Assembly (NCBI GenBank): GCA_964512145.1
Contig: CAZEIM010000009.1
Coordinates: forward strand, 7 to 64,006
Reading direction: 5' to 3'
Origin: an uncultured Flavobacteriales bacterium
GTDB lineage: Bacteria > Bacteroidota > Bacteroidia > Flavobacteriales_G > JALEGO01
DNA length: 64,000 nt
The notes under the pieces are model-generated. The model did not search any database. It was not told the DNA's origin and saw only the letters and a list, made by a program, of their open reading frames with translations. The first letter of the stretch is position 1. Each line of letters begins with the position of its first letter. This document shows, one piece after another, positions 36,544 through 46,187 of this stretch. The position numbers were made by a program, and so were the translations under genes.

Positions 36544-38373
36544 ATGAGATTAATCGTATATACTTTGTGGTTCATTCAAGCATTTAACATATATGCTCAA
36601 AAAGAATCATATAATTGGTATTTTGGAGTAAATGCTGGAATTACATTTAATAACGGAGGTAGCCCAAGCGCATTAATTGACGGGGAGTTAGTTACCTTTG
36701 AAGGATGTGCTACAATAAGTGATAGAGGTGGAAATCTTTTATTTTATACTCAAGGCGAAGTGGTGTGGAATAAACACCATGAGGTCATGGATACATTACT
36801 AGCAGGACATTATTCTAGTGCCCAATCAAGCATTATTGTTCCAAAACCCGGGTTTAGCCATTTGTATTATATTTTTACGGCAGGAAAAGTAGGTGATAAT
36901 GAAAAAATTGCTTACAGTACCGTTGATATGAACTTAAACAATGGTAAAGGGGGATTAATTGAGAAAAATATACTGCTTATGTTCGGTAGCGATGAACAAC
37001 TAACATGTATTAAACATGAAAATAATATAGATTATTGGGTTATAACCAGAAAATGTGGAACCAACGAATACTATAGCTATAAAATAACCTCAATGGGGGT
37101 TTCAAGTTCTCCTGTCGTTAGTAAAATAGGTAAAGTAAGCAGTTGCAATACAAATGCTAACGGGTATTTAAAATCAACCATTGATGGAAAAAAAATTGTA
37201 TCGGCAGGTTTAAGTAATTTTTATATGGATATATATGATTTTAATAAATCAAATGGCACGTTAAGTAATAGGGTAGAAATCAGCGACAATTTAAATGAAA
37301 AGTTTTATGGGGTAGAGTTTTCTCCAAGCGGAAAATTTATATATTGTACCACCGAAGAAAGTTCATCATTATATCAATACGATATTTCCATTTTTGATTC
37401 CATTTCCATTCATAACAGCAAAACACTTTTATACCAGAATGTTACGGATAAATATCCATGTGCACTTCAAATTGGACCTGATTATAAAATATATATTGCC
37501 ATTGGAGGGAAAAACTATTTAGGCGTAATAAATAACCCAAATACTAAAGGATTAGGTTCCAACTTAGTTATTGATGGGGTCGATTTAAAAGATAGGATTT
37601 CAACATTAGGTTTGCCCAATTTTCCAAGTTATTATCTTGAGCCATTTTATGAAATTCAAGCCGACAAATATTGTGTTAGGGATACTTTTGAAGTATTCTT
37701 AAATACTAATCAAATGATCGATTCTGTACATTGGTTCTTTAGCGAAGATCCTTTACTACAAAAACGCATGCAGGCAAATTCTATTATATGTTCGTATAAT
37801 TATTCAGGGAATTATGTAATCTATGCCATAATTTGGAAGGATGGTAAATCCACATTAATGGAACAAAATATAGTGATATACGATAATCCTTCATTATATT
37901 TAGGAGATGACATAACACAATGCCAAGGCGAATTGGTTTATTTAAATGTTCAAACCGATGATTTAAAATCATACGAATGGAGCACAGGAAGTTCTAGTTA
38001 CGATATTTCAATTACACAAACAGGCTCCTATTCAGTTACTGTAACCGACAAAAACAATTGTAAAGCATCGGATACAATTGATATACATTTTGAATTTTGC
38101 TCATTTTTTATCCCCAATGCATTTACACCAAATGAAAATGATATAAATGAAATGTTTTTGGCAAAAGGTGAAAATTTGGAATATTTTTCGATAAAAATAT
38201 ATGATCGATGGGGTGCATTGGTTTTTACATCAGAAGATATAAAGTCGGGCTGGGATGGAATGAAAAACAATATATTTGTAAAGCAAGATATTTATACTTA
38301 CTGTGTTGAGTATAAATTTTCACATCATACAACTGTATATAAAAAATATGGATCTGTAGCATTGCTAAAATAA
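36544..38373 (+). CDS. secreted protein with T9SS type-B (gliding-motility-associated, CHU_C-like) C-terminal domain
   Basis: 609 aa with a signal peptide. The N-terminus is NWYFGVNAGITF. The C-terminus FFIPNAFTPNENDINEMF...IYDRWGALVFTSEDIKSGWDG matches the type-B sorting domain. Confidence 0.8.
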   Translation: MRLIVYTLWFIQAFNIYAQKESYNWYFGVNAGITFNNGGSPSALIDGELVTFEGCATISDRGGNLLFYTQGEVVWNKHHEVMDTLLAGHYSSAQSSIIVPKPGFSHLYYIFTAGKVGDNEKIAYSTVDMNLNNGKGGLIEKNILLMFGSDEQLTCIKHENNIDYWVITRKCGTNEYYSYKITSMGVSSSPVVSKIGKVSSCNTNANGYLKSTIDGKKIVSAGLSNFYMDIYDFNKSNGTLSNRVEISDNLNEKFYGVEFSPSGKFIYCTTEESSSLYQYDISIFDSISIHNSKTLLYQNVTDKYPCALQIGPDYKIYIAIGGKNYLGVINNPNTKGLGSNLVIDGVDLKDRISTLGLPNFPSYYLEPFYEIQADKYCVRDTFEVFLNTNQMIDSVHWFFSEDPLLQKRMQANSIICSYNYSGNYVIYAIIWKDGKSTLMEQNIVIYDNPSLYLGDDITQCQGELVYLNVQTDDLKSYEWSTGSSSYDISITQTGSYSVTVTDKNNCKASDTIDIHFEFCSFFIPNAFTPNENDINEMFLAKGENLEYFSIKIYDRWGALVFTSEDIKSGWDGMKNNIFVKQDIYTYCVEYKFSHHTTVYKKYGSVALLK

Positions 38374-38380
38374 TACAAAC

Positions 38381-38953
38381 ATGACTTTACCAGAAGATTT
38401 TTATAGAAATAAAAATGTATTAAAGGTCGCTAAAAAATTATTAGGTAAAGTGCTATGTTCAAATATCCAAAATCAATTTGTATCTGGAATAATTACTGAG
38501 GTAGAAGCGTACAATGGCATTTATGATAAGGCTTGTCATGCATACCTAGGTAAAAGAACATCTCGAACCGAAGTGATGTTTTGGCCAGGAGGTGTTGCTT
38601 ATGTTTATTTATGTTATGGAATACATCATTTATTTAATGTGGTAACTAGCGAAAGGAATGACCCATGTGCTGTATTAATTCGATCGGTTAAACCACTAGA
38701 AGGCATCGAAACAATGATTGAAAGAAGAAGAAATAAACAAATAAAAAACCTTTGTAATGGACCTGGAAAAGTTTCTGAGGCTTTTGGCATACGAACAACA
38801 TTAAATGGAGTTTCTTTAAGCGGAAAAGATATATGGATCGAGGAAAGAAATATAAAAGTTTCAGAAAAATCAATCATTATAAGCCCCAGAATAGGTATAG
38901 AATATGCTCAAGAAGATGCGTTATTACCTTATCGATATTACATAAAATATTAA
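38381..38953 (+). CDS. DNA-3-methyladenine glycosylase (AAG/Mpg family)
   Basis: 190 aa. ITEVEAYNG..DKACHAYLGKRTSRTEVMFWPGGVAYVYLCYGIHHLFNVV is present. Confidence 0.9.
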   Translation: MTLPEDFYRNKNVLKVAKKLLGKVLCSNIQNQFVSGIITEVEAYNGIYDKACHAYLGKRTSRTEVMFWPGGVAYVYLCYGIHHLFNVVTSERNDPCAVLIRSVKPLEGIETMIERRRNKQIKNLCNGPGKVSEAFGIRTTLNGVSLSGKDIWIEERNIKVSEKSIIISPRIGIEYAQEDALLPYRYYIKY

Positions 38954-39480
38954 GGGTGAGAAACGTTCATTAACAGTAAATCAATATTACCACTTTGTGT
39001 ATGACAACCTCTGCAACTTCCCCCCAAATTACTCGCTTCAGATCTAGGTTTTCCATTGGCATCTACATAGCCCCAAACCCATCCGTTTTCATCGGCAAAA
39101 GGATGATCTGGTTTTTTATATAAAATAGCGTAAGTATTTACCTTTTTATCAGTGGTATATAATTCTTTTACAATAAAACTTTCTTCCGGAAAAATGATAC
39201 TATCCTTAACTTTACCTAATGAATTTAATTGAGAACTGGCGATTTGGTTAAAACGCGTTCTAGACCATGGTTCAGAATGCCCTGAATTGGTTGATTTATT
39301 TAAATATTCATCGCTAAATTTATACCAAGTATAGCCTTCAGTTTGTAATGCTTTTAAATATAAAAACGAATCTGTATTTTGCACTGTTAATAATTGTTTA
39401 TCAATGGGCATAGCGGGATCATGCTTACAAGATGTAATGAGTGTTTGAATTAAAAATAAAAAAAATATATTCCTGTTCAT
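38950..39480 (-). CDS. haem-binding lipoprotein, cytochrome P460-like
   Basis: 176 aa with lipobox LITSC. It has NGWVWGY followed by a single C-terminal CXXCH motif (CRGCH). That layout matches my memory of cytochrome P460-family proteins. Confidence 0.5.
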   Translation of the reverse strand: MNRNIFFLFLIQTLITSCKHDPAMPIDKQLLTVQNTDSFLYLKALQTEGYTWYKFSDEYLNKSTNSGHSEPWSRTRFNQIASSQLNSLGKVKDSIIFPEESFIVKELYTTDKKVNTYAILYKKPDHPFADENGWVWGYVDANGKPRSEASNLGGSCRGCHTQSGNIDLLLMNVSHP

Positions 39481-39983
39481 ATTTTCGATTTATATAATGG
39501 TACTGTTGAACAGGCTTCTCCAAACATAATGGTTTTAGCATAAGGTAATAATTGGTTCATTAAATGAACGTAAGTATTTTCTGGAATAAAAACATCAGAG
39601 CATCCTTTTATTAAAACTTTTTGATCTTTAAATACTGAGTAATCAATATTTTGTATGGATTCGTAAAACAAAATAGTATCTAAGGTTTTTAAGTCTCCAT
39701 GTACTATTTTTTTTGCAATCGGATGAAGATATACAGAAATTAATAAGTATGCCCATGAAGGTATGATTGCATCAGAAGAACAACCTATTGCCACAAAACA
39801 ATCTTTATACTCTTCCCACAAAGTGTTTTTCAACCTTTCTCTATATTCTTTCTCTCTTAAAACCAATCCTTCATATAAAAAGGGTTTTATGTCCAAAAAA
39901 ATACGCTTTCCTTTTGGATAATAATCTTGAATATCTAATGTAACTAAATTTGAATTAGCTATTTTATTTTCTATCATCTCCAT
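39477..39983 (-). CDS. DUF2480-like protein
   Basis: 168 aa. The N-terminus NSNLVTLDIQDYYPKGKRIFLDIKPFLYEGLVLREKEYR resembles the Bacteroidota DUF2480 family as I remember it. It has a 4-nt overlap with the downstream gene. Confidence 0.55.
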   Translation of the reverse strand: MEMIENKIANSNLVTLDIQDYYPKGKRIFLDIKPFLYEGLVLREKEYRERLKNTLWEEYKDCFVAIGCSSDAIIPSWAYLLISVYLHPIAKKIVHGDLKTLDTILFYESIQNIDYSVFKDQKVLIKGCSDVFIPENTYVHLMNQLLPYAKTIMFGEACSTVPLYKSKI

Positions 39984-39987
39984 AGTA

Positions 39988-41103
39988 CTAAATTAAAGTA
40001 TACATTTTCCCGGGTAAGCTTTTAACGATAAATTTAAATTCCAAATTAAGTAAATTTACTGAAACATCACTCATTTTAAGTTGAGTATGTAAAGCTATTG
40101 AATCTATTTTTAAGCTTTGATGTTTTTTTAAAACCTCTACAATTAATGACTCTTCGGCAGATAAATCATTAAATAGTTTAGCTTGTAATGGCTGGCTATT
40201 CAAAGATTTTGGTTTCCAGCCCAAGTTTTTTTCAATATCTTGAGCATTTTCGACCAAAATAGCCTTTTGTGTTTTAATTAAAAAATTACACCCACTTGAA
40301 TATGTAGCATCTATAGGCCCCGGAAGAGCCATAACATCTCGATTATACGAATCGGCTATATATGCTGTAATCATTGCCCCTCCTTTTATGTTTGACTCAA
40401 CTACTAATAATGCATCAGTCATGCCTGCCACTATTCTGTTTCTTTTAGGAAAATTTTCTTTATCGGGACCTGTATCGCTAAAAAATTCCGTTATCAACCC
40501 TCCTTTTTCGCTCGTCATTTTTTGAGCTATTTCTCTATGACTGTTAGGATATATAGTACTAAAACCATGACCTAATACTCCTAACGTTGGAATGGAGTTT
40601 TCAAGAGAGGTTCTATGAGCACAAACATCAACCCCCATAGCTAAACCACTTACAATCAACAAATCATTATATGAAGATAATTCACGAACTATTTTTTCGC
40701 ATTGAATTTTACCATAGTTAGTGATATTTCTGGTGCCTACAATCGCTAATATTTTAGGCATATTTACATTAGCAAATCCTTTTTTAAATAAAACTAGTGG
40801 TGCGTCATCGCAATGTTTTAAACGCTGAGGGTACTCTGATTGCTGAAAACATAAAAGTTGAATATTATTTTTTTGAATATAGTTAAATTCTTTTTCAGCT
40901 AAAGCAAGAACCTTGGTTTTGGTTTTTATAATTTCCTGAATACTCAGCTTCTTTAATCCAGGCATTTTTTTCAGCAAAATATCCTTTTCACTAAATAACT
41001 CTTTTGCTGATCCAAAATGTGCCAAAATTTTTTTTCCGTTTACTGGCCCAATTCCGGGTAACTGGACAAGAGCTAATTGAAAAATTTTTTCTTCTTCACT
41101 CAT
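39988..41103 (-). CDS. dprA: DNA-processing protein DprA
   Basis: 371 aa. It has an N-terminal SAM-like LPGIGPVNGKKIL, a Rossmann-like core IVSGLAMGVDVCAHR and VVESNIKGGAMITA, and a C-terminal wH-like tail. Confidence 0.9.
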   Translation of the reverse strand: MSEEEKIFQLALVQLPGIGPVNGKKILAHFGSAKELFSEKDILLKKMPGLKKLSIQEIIKTKTKVLALAEKEFNYIQKNNIQLLCFQQSEYPQRLKHCDDAPLVLFKKGFANVNMPKILAIVGTRNITNYGKIQCEKIVRELSSYNDLLIVSGLAMGVDVCAHRTSLENSIPTLGVLGHGFSTIYPNSHREIAQKMTSEKGGLITEFFSDTGPDKENFPKRNRIVAGMTDALLVVESNIKGGAMITAYIADSYNRDVMALPGPIDATYSSGCNFLIKTQKAILVENAQDIEKNLGWKPKSLNSQPLQAKLFNDLSAEESLIVEVLKKHQSLKIDSIALHTQLKMSDVSVNLLNLEFKFIVKSLPGKMYTLI

Positions 41104-41145
41104 CTCTTAAATATAAGAAAATAGTTGAATACATAAAATACTTCA

Positions 41146-41153
41146 TAATTTTG
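41146..41153 (+). promoter_or_regulatory. match to the Bacteroidota -7 promoter consensus TAnnTTTG upstream of mnmD
   Basis: taattttg ends 5 nt before ATG 41159. If it is functional, the mRNA would be nearly leaderless. Confidence 0.25.
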
Positions 41154-41158
41154 CACCT

Positions 41159-41836
41159 ATGTATTCTATCAGCATCATTGAAACAAAAGATGGCTCAAAA
41201 ACATTGTTTATACCCGAAATAAACGAGCATTATCATTCTATTCATGGTGCTTTACAAGAAAGTAAGCATATATTTATACAAGAAGGTTTACTCTATTATC
41301 ATACATTACATCCGAAAAAAAAAATACATATTTTAGAAGTAGGCTTAGGAACGGGATTAAATGTATTATGCACACATGAGACTTGTTTAAAAAATGAAAT
41401 GTATGTTACATATGATGCGTTAGAACCTAATCCAATTCCTTGGGAGTTGATTCAAGCACTTAATTATCAAAAGCATTTTGAAGAAGGTTTTCCTATCGAA
41501 GCCTTCGCATTACTTCATGAGATGACGGGAGAAAAAATAATATTTTCTAAAACATTAGAAGTGTATACACATACTAAACCAATTATGAACTATATTTCAA
41601 AAACACCTTACGATATTATTTATTTTGATGCTTTTGCTCCTGAAAAGCAACCCGAAATGTGGACAGAAAACACTTTTACATATATGTATAAATTGCTGTG
41701 CCAAAATGGAATATTGGTTACCTATTGTTGTAAGGGAGTTGTAAAAAGAATGGCTCTTTCTATAGGGTTTAAAGTAGAAAAAATTCCAGGACCCAAAGGT
41801 GGTAAAAGAGAAATGTTGCGATTAATCAAACCTTAG
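41159..41836 (+). CDS. mnmD: tRNA (mnm5s2U34) methyltransferase, stand-alone MnmD type
   Basis: 225 aa. It has ILEVGLGTGLN (SAM motif I) and YFDAFAPEKQPEMW, characteristic of the MnmC C-terminal / MnmD family. Confidence 0.78.
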   Translation: MYSISIIETKDGSKTLFIPEINEHYHSIHGALQESKHIFIQEGLLYYHTLHPKKKIHILEVGLGTGLNVLCTHETCLKNEMYVTYDALEPNPIPWELIQALNYQKHFEEGFPIEAFALLHEMTGEKIIFSKTLEVYTHTKPIMNYISKTPYDIIYFDAFAPEKQPEMWTENTFTYMYKLLCQNGILVTYCCKGVVKRMALSIGFKVEKIPGPKGGKREMLRLIKP

Positions 41837-41932
41837 ATCACAATATATTTATTTTGTTATTTACAAGTTTCTTTATCTAGAGTATTTTAGAACAGTATAT
41901 AAATTCTAATACTTATTCCTATTTTTGTTAGC

Positions 41933-42862
41933 ATGGATTGTATTGTAGATATTGAGCACCTGTATAAACATTATTCAGATAAAACCGTTTTAAGTGATAT
42001 ACAGCTAAAAATACCCAGAGGTTCTATATTTGGATTATTGGGGCCTAATGGTGCCGGAAAAACATCATTAATTCGTATTCTAAACGGTATTACAATGCCA
42101 GATTCAGGTTCATATAACATTTATACTAACTCAAAAGATGTTAACAAACAACAAATAGGATATTTACCCGAAGAAAGAGGTTTATATAAAAAAATGAGTG
42201 TTTGGGATCAGCTATTGTATTTAGCACGACTAAAAGGCATGACTCAAATAGAAGCAAAAATTGGTATTGAATATTGGTTGCAAAAAATGGATATAGAATC
42301 GTGGAAAGATAAAAAAATAGAAGATTTAAGTAAAGGTATGCAACAAAAAATCCAATTTATTAGTACCATTATTAATAACCCGGAACTCCTTATTTTGGAT
42401 GAGCCTTTTAGTGGTTTTGATCCTATTAATGCTAATTTAATTAAACAAGAGATTATTGAACTTAAAGAAAAAGGACACACCATTGTATTATCTACCCACA
42501 ACATGTCTTCTGTTGAAGAATTATGCGAAAATATAGCTTTAATAGATAAAGGCAAGATTGTATTACAAGGCAATGTTCAGGAAATAAAAAAACAATACAG
42601 TGAAAATATCTATGAATTTATTTTTAATGGTAGTGAACCAGCATTTAGTAATGGATTATGGTCAGCAGGGCAAATCCTATCATTTTCAAAGATAGGAGAA
42701 AACTCAAAAGCAATAGTTACGCTAAATACTCGGTTTACCTTAAATAATTTATTAAAAAACATGTTAGACAGTGTAAAACTTTTAGGGTTTAAAGAAGTGC
42801 TACCGAGTATGAATGATATTTTTATTAAAACTGTTACTCAAAACAATAATGATGCAAAATAA
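41933..42862 (+). CDS. ABC transporter ATP-binding protein (ABC-2 / NatA-like)
   Basis: 309 aa. It has Walker A GPNGAGKTS, signature LSKGMQQK and Walker B LLILDEP. Confidence 0.9.
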   Translation: MDCIVDIEHLYKHYSDKTVLSDIQLKIPRGSIFGLLGPNGAGKTSLIRILNGITMPDSGSYNIYTNSKDVNKQQIGYLPEERGLYKKMSVWDQLLYLARLKGMTQIEAKIGIEYWLQKMDIESWKDKKIEDLSKGMQQKIQFISTIINNPELLILDEPFSGFDPINANLIKQEIIELKEKGHTIVLSTHNMSSVEELCENIALIDKGKIVLQGNVQEIKKQYSENIYEFIFNGSEPAFSNGLWSAGQILSFSKIGENSKAIVTLNTRFTLNNLLKNMLDSVKLLGFKEVLPSMNDIFIKTVTQNNNDAK

Positions 42863-44198
42863 AATATGGCTTATTGTACAAAGGGAGTTTTTTTCGAGGG
42901 TGAAAAAAAAATCCTTTATTATTATGACAATTTTAGGCCCCGTTTTTACAGCTTTAATTATGATACTTGCTGTTTACTTAAGTATGGCCGACCAACAAAA
43001 ACAAAAAATACTGGTAGCAGATGATAATTACCCTGTATTTGAACATTTAAAAAGTGAGCCTGGATTACAATATCAGTATATAAACATATCGTTGGAAGAA
43101 GCTCAAAAATTGTTTTTTGAGTCAGATTTTACTGCTATTTTATATCTCCCCAAAAATATTGTTCGATCCAATGCGGCAAAACTATATGTAAAAAAAATGC
43201 CCGGTGCAACTACCCAAAGAAGGATAGAAAAAGCAGTAGAAAAAATTATAGAAGAACAAAAAATGCTGCTAAATAATATTGACCCCTCCGTGTATGCTAA
43301 AATTAATACTCAATTTAATTTAACGCCCTATAAATTAGAAAAATCCGGATCCGAAAAAAAAGTACATACTGACCAAGCATATGTAGGATTTTTTTTAGGA
43401 ATAGCAATTTATGTATTTATTTCATTGTACGGTGTTCAGGTAATGCGAGGAGTAATGGAAGAAAAAATGAGTAGAATCGTAGAAGTGCTTATTTGTTCCG
43501 TAAAACCCTTTCAACTCATGATGGGAAAAATTATTGGAATTGTACTATTGGGATTATTTCAGTTAAGTGTTTGGATTACCTTAACCAGCATCGTATTCTT
43601 AATATTAAAAGCATTAATTTTTACCGATTTTTACGACCCTGCTCAAATTCAATCTTTGCAAATGACCGATCAAATAGCCCAAGAATTTAAGCAAGAAGAA
43701 TTGCAAGCCATCAATCTTTATGACCCAAACAACATAATTAATAGAATACAATTTCATGTTATTATTCCTTTATTTTTATTTTACTTTGTAGGGGGATATT
43801 TATTTTATGCAGCTCTTTTTTCTGCTGTAGGAGCAATTGTAGATAATGAATCAGATACTCAGCAATTTGTTTTACCTATTACCCTTCCATTAGTTTTTGC
43901 TTATATTATTTCCTTTTCTATTTTAAAGAATCCCGAAGGAAGTATGGCACTTTGGTTTTCCATCATACCCTTTACATCTCCAGTAGTAATGATGGTACGT
44001 ATAGCTATTGGAGTGGGTGGAGGTGAAGGACTACCAATATGGGAACTTATTTTATCGATGCTGTTCTTAATAGCAGGGTTTATGGTTACTACATGGTTTA
44101 GTGCCAAATTATACCGAACAGGGATATTAATGTATGGAAAAAAACCGACATACAAAGAATTATGGAAATGGCTTTTAATATCCAGTAACAAAAAATAG
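42849..44198 (+). CDS. ABC-2-type transporter permease (NatB-like)
   Basis: ORF 42813..44198. The probable start is ATG 42849 (MMQNKIWLIVQREFFSRVKKKSF). It has one N-terminal TM, a large loop, then about 5 TMs. Confidence 0.8.
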   Translation: MMQNKIWLIVQREFFSRVKKKSFIIMTILGPVFTALIMILAVYLSMADQQKQKILVADDNYPVFEHLKSEPGLQYQYINISLEEAQKLFFESDFTAILYLPKNIVRSNAAKLYVKKMPGATTQRRIEKAVEKIIEEQKMLLNNIDPSVYAKINTQFNLTPYKLEKSGSEKKVHTDQAYVGFFLGIAIYVFISLYGVQVMRGVMEEKMSRIVEVLICSVKPFQLMMGKIIGIVLLGLFQLSVWITLTSIVFLILKALIFTDFYDPAQIQSLQMTDQIAQEFKQEELQAINLYDPNNIINRIQFHVIIPLFLFYFVGGYLFYAALFSAVGAIVDNESDTQQFVLPITLPLVFAYIISFSILKNPEGSMALWFSIIPFTSPVVMMVRIAIGVGGGEGLPIWELILSMLFLIAGFMVTTWFSAKLYRTGILMYGKKPTYKELWKWLLISSNKK

Positions 44199-44218
44199 TT
44201 TTGGGTAATTGCATTTTT

Positions 44219-44240
44219 AAGTATTCAAAATACTTTTTTG
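44219..44240 (+). terminator. weak AT-rich hairpin plus T-tract after the ABC-2 permease
   Basis: aagtatt-caa-aatactt is followed by tttttg. The stem is only 7 bp and AT-rich. Confidence 0.3.
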
Positions 44241-44286
44241 CTATACATCTTCTAAACTCTTTGTGATTGTACTTGTTTTATAACGT

Positions 44287-45213
44287 ATGAATACAGCAAT
44301 TATAGATTTAGGAACCAATACATTTAATTTATTTATTGGCCGAGTTGAGCAAGGAAAAATAATATCCATTGTTCGTAAAACCATAGGTGTTAAATTAGGA
44401 GAAGGAGGTATAGGTTATATATTAGATTCGGCAATAGAAAGAGCCATAAACGCATTAATTGAAATAAAAAAATATATTGAGTCAAATGAGTGTAATAAAA
44501 TAATTGCCATTGGTACCTCAGCTATACGCTCAGCTTCAAATAGAAATATTTTTTTAGAAAAAGTTGCGATGAATACAGGTATTGAAATACAAATAATTGA
44601 TGGCTTAAGAGAAGCAGAGTTAATTTTTAAAGGCACGTTGGTTTCTTTACCATATACATTGAACTACCCGAGTTTAATGTTAGACATTGGAGGGGGAAGC
44701 AATGAGTTTATAATTTTTATGGGGAACAAAATTATTTGGAAAGAAAGTTTTCCCCTAGGAGTAGCTCGAATAAAAGAAGGATTTGAATTTTCTAACCCGA
44801 TTTTGCCTAAAGAAATAGAAGCTATAGAAAATTATTTTAATCAAAAATTAACCCCCTTATGGGAAATAACTAAACAATATCCTATCCATCATTTAATTGG
44901 AGTAGCCGGATCGTTTGAATCATATGTTGAGTTAGTTGCTGAAGAATTTAATTGGGAAGAAAAGCCTGCCAATTATACTTGTATGGAATTGGATGTAGAG
45001 CAAACTAAAATTGTTCACCAAAAACTTATTCAAACCACCTTTGAGGAAAGATTAAACATGAAAGGTTTATTAACATTAAGGGCAGATATGATGGTTATTT
45101 CAAGTGTTTTTATACAATTTATTATTCAAAAATTAATGATCCAAAAACTTTGGGTAAGTACTTATTCTCTTAGAGAGGGTGCCCTATTAGAATATCATAC
45201 CGTAAATTCTTAA
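44287..45213 (+). CDS. Ppx/GppA-family phosphatase (exopolyphosphatase-like)
   Basis: 308 aa. It has an ASKHA-fold N-terminus IDLGTNTFNL and DIGGGSNEF. Confidence 0.85.
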   Translation: MNTAIIDLGTNTFNLFIGRVEQGKIISIVRKTIGVKLGEGGIGYILDSAIERAINALIEIKKYIESNECNKIIAIGTSAIRSASNRNIFLEKVAMNTGIEIQIIDGLREAELIFKGTLVSLPYTLNYPSLMLDIGGGSNEFIIFMGNKIIWKESFPLGVARIKEGFEFSNPILPKEIEAIENYFNQKLTPLWEITKQYPIHHLIGVAGSFESYVELVAEEFNWEEKPANYTCMELDVEQTKIVHQKLIQTTFEERLNMKGLLTLRADMMVISSVFIQFIIQKLMIQKLWVSTYSLREGALLEYHTVNS

Positions 45214-46181
45214 AATATTTCTTGTATTATACTTTCAACTGTTTTTCCATCTGCTTCAGCCTTGTAATTTTTAACTATTCTATGTCGAAGTACAGGTACT
45301 GCAATAGCTCTAACATCTTCAATATCTGGAGCATATTTTCCTTTTAACAATGCATGGCATTTAGCCCCCAAAACCAAATACTGAGAAGCCCTAGGTCCTG
45401 CGCCCCATGAAATATATTTTTTGATTACTTCAGGGGACGATTCGTTAATACGTGTTTTATGGGTTAATTCCACAGCATACTGAAGTACATTTGGTGTAAT
45501 AGGAACTTTTCGAATAAGGTCTTGAAAAAACAGAATACTATCAGCATCTAAAATTGTATTCGCTTTAGAAACTTTGTTAGAAGTAGTATTTTCTACTATT
45601 TGTAATTCTTCTTGTAAGGTTGGATAATCTAACCAAAGACTAAACATAAACCTATCTAATTGAGCTTCAGGCAAAGGATAAGTTCCTTCTTGCTCTATAG
45701 GATTTTGAGTAGCCAAAACAAAAAATGGATTAGGTAATGGAAATTTTTGACCAGAAACGGTTACAGTATGTTCTTGCATAGATTCTAGTAGAGCCGATTG
45801 GGTTTTAGGGGGTGTACGGTTAATCTCATCTGCTAATAATAAATTGGCAAAAATAGGACCCTTTATAAACACAAATTTTTTATGCTCATCTAGTATTTCC
45901 GACCCTGTAATATCTGAGGGCATTAAATCGGGAGTAAATTGTATTCTACTAAAATGTAACCCTAATGCATCTGAAATGGTTTTTACAAGTAAGGTTTTAG
46001 CTAACCCAGGAACTCCAATAAGAAGACTATGACCGTTACAAAAAATACTGTTAATAATATTCAATACAATTTCTTCCTGCCCAACAATTACTTTTGCAAT
46101 TTCTAATCGCAATTTTTTTGTTAATTCTACAAAAGAATCTGCTGCTTCTTTATCGGAAAGTGTTTTTAATTTTTCAATCAT
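45210..46181 (-). CDS. MoxR-family AAA+ ATPase
   Basis: 323 aa. It has Walker A GVPGLAKT, Walker B LLADEINR and VLATQNPIEQEGTYPLPEAQLDRF. Its stop overlaps the ppx stop (TTAA). Confidence 0.9.
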   Translation of the reverse strand: MIEKLKTLSDKEAADSFVELTKKLRLEIAKVIVGQEEIVLNIINSIFCNGHSLLIGVPGLAKTLLVKTISDALGLHFSRIQFTPDLMPSDITGSEILDEHKKFVFIKGPIFANLLLADEINRTPPKTQSALLESMQEHTVTVSGQKFPLPNPFFVLATQNPIEQEGTYPLPEAQLDRFMFSLWLDYPTLQEELQIVENTTSNKVSKANTILDADSILFFQDLIRKVPITPNVLQYAVELTHKTRINESSPEVIKKYISWGAGPRASQYLVLGAKCHALLKGKYAPDIEDVRAIAVPVLRHRIVKNYKAEADGKTVESIIQEIF

Positions 46182-46187
46182 AGTTTG

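Noticed and set aside
45210-46181. MoxR as part of a Bat/VWA aerotolerance-type operon
   Set aside because: No DUF58, VWA or TPR (BatA-E-like) genes follow it. The downstream gene is a convergent ppx. The unusual context is reported as a finding instead.
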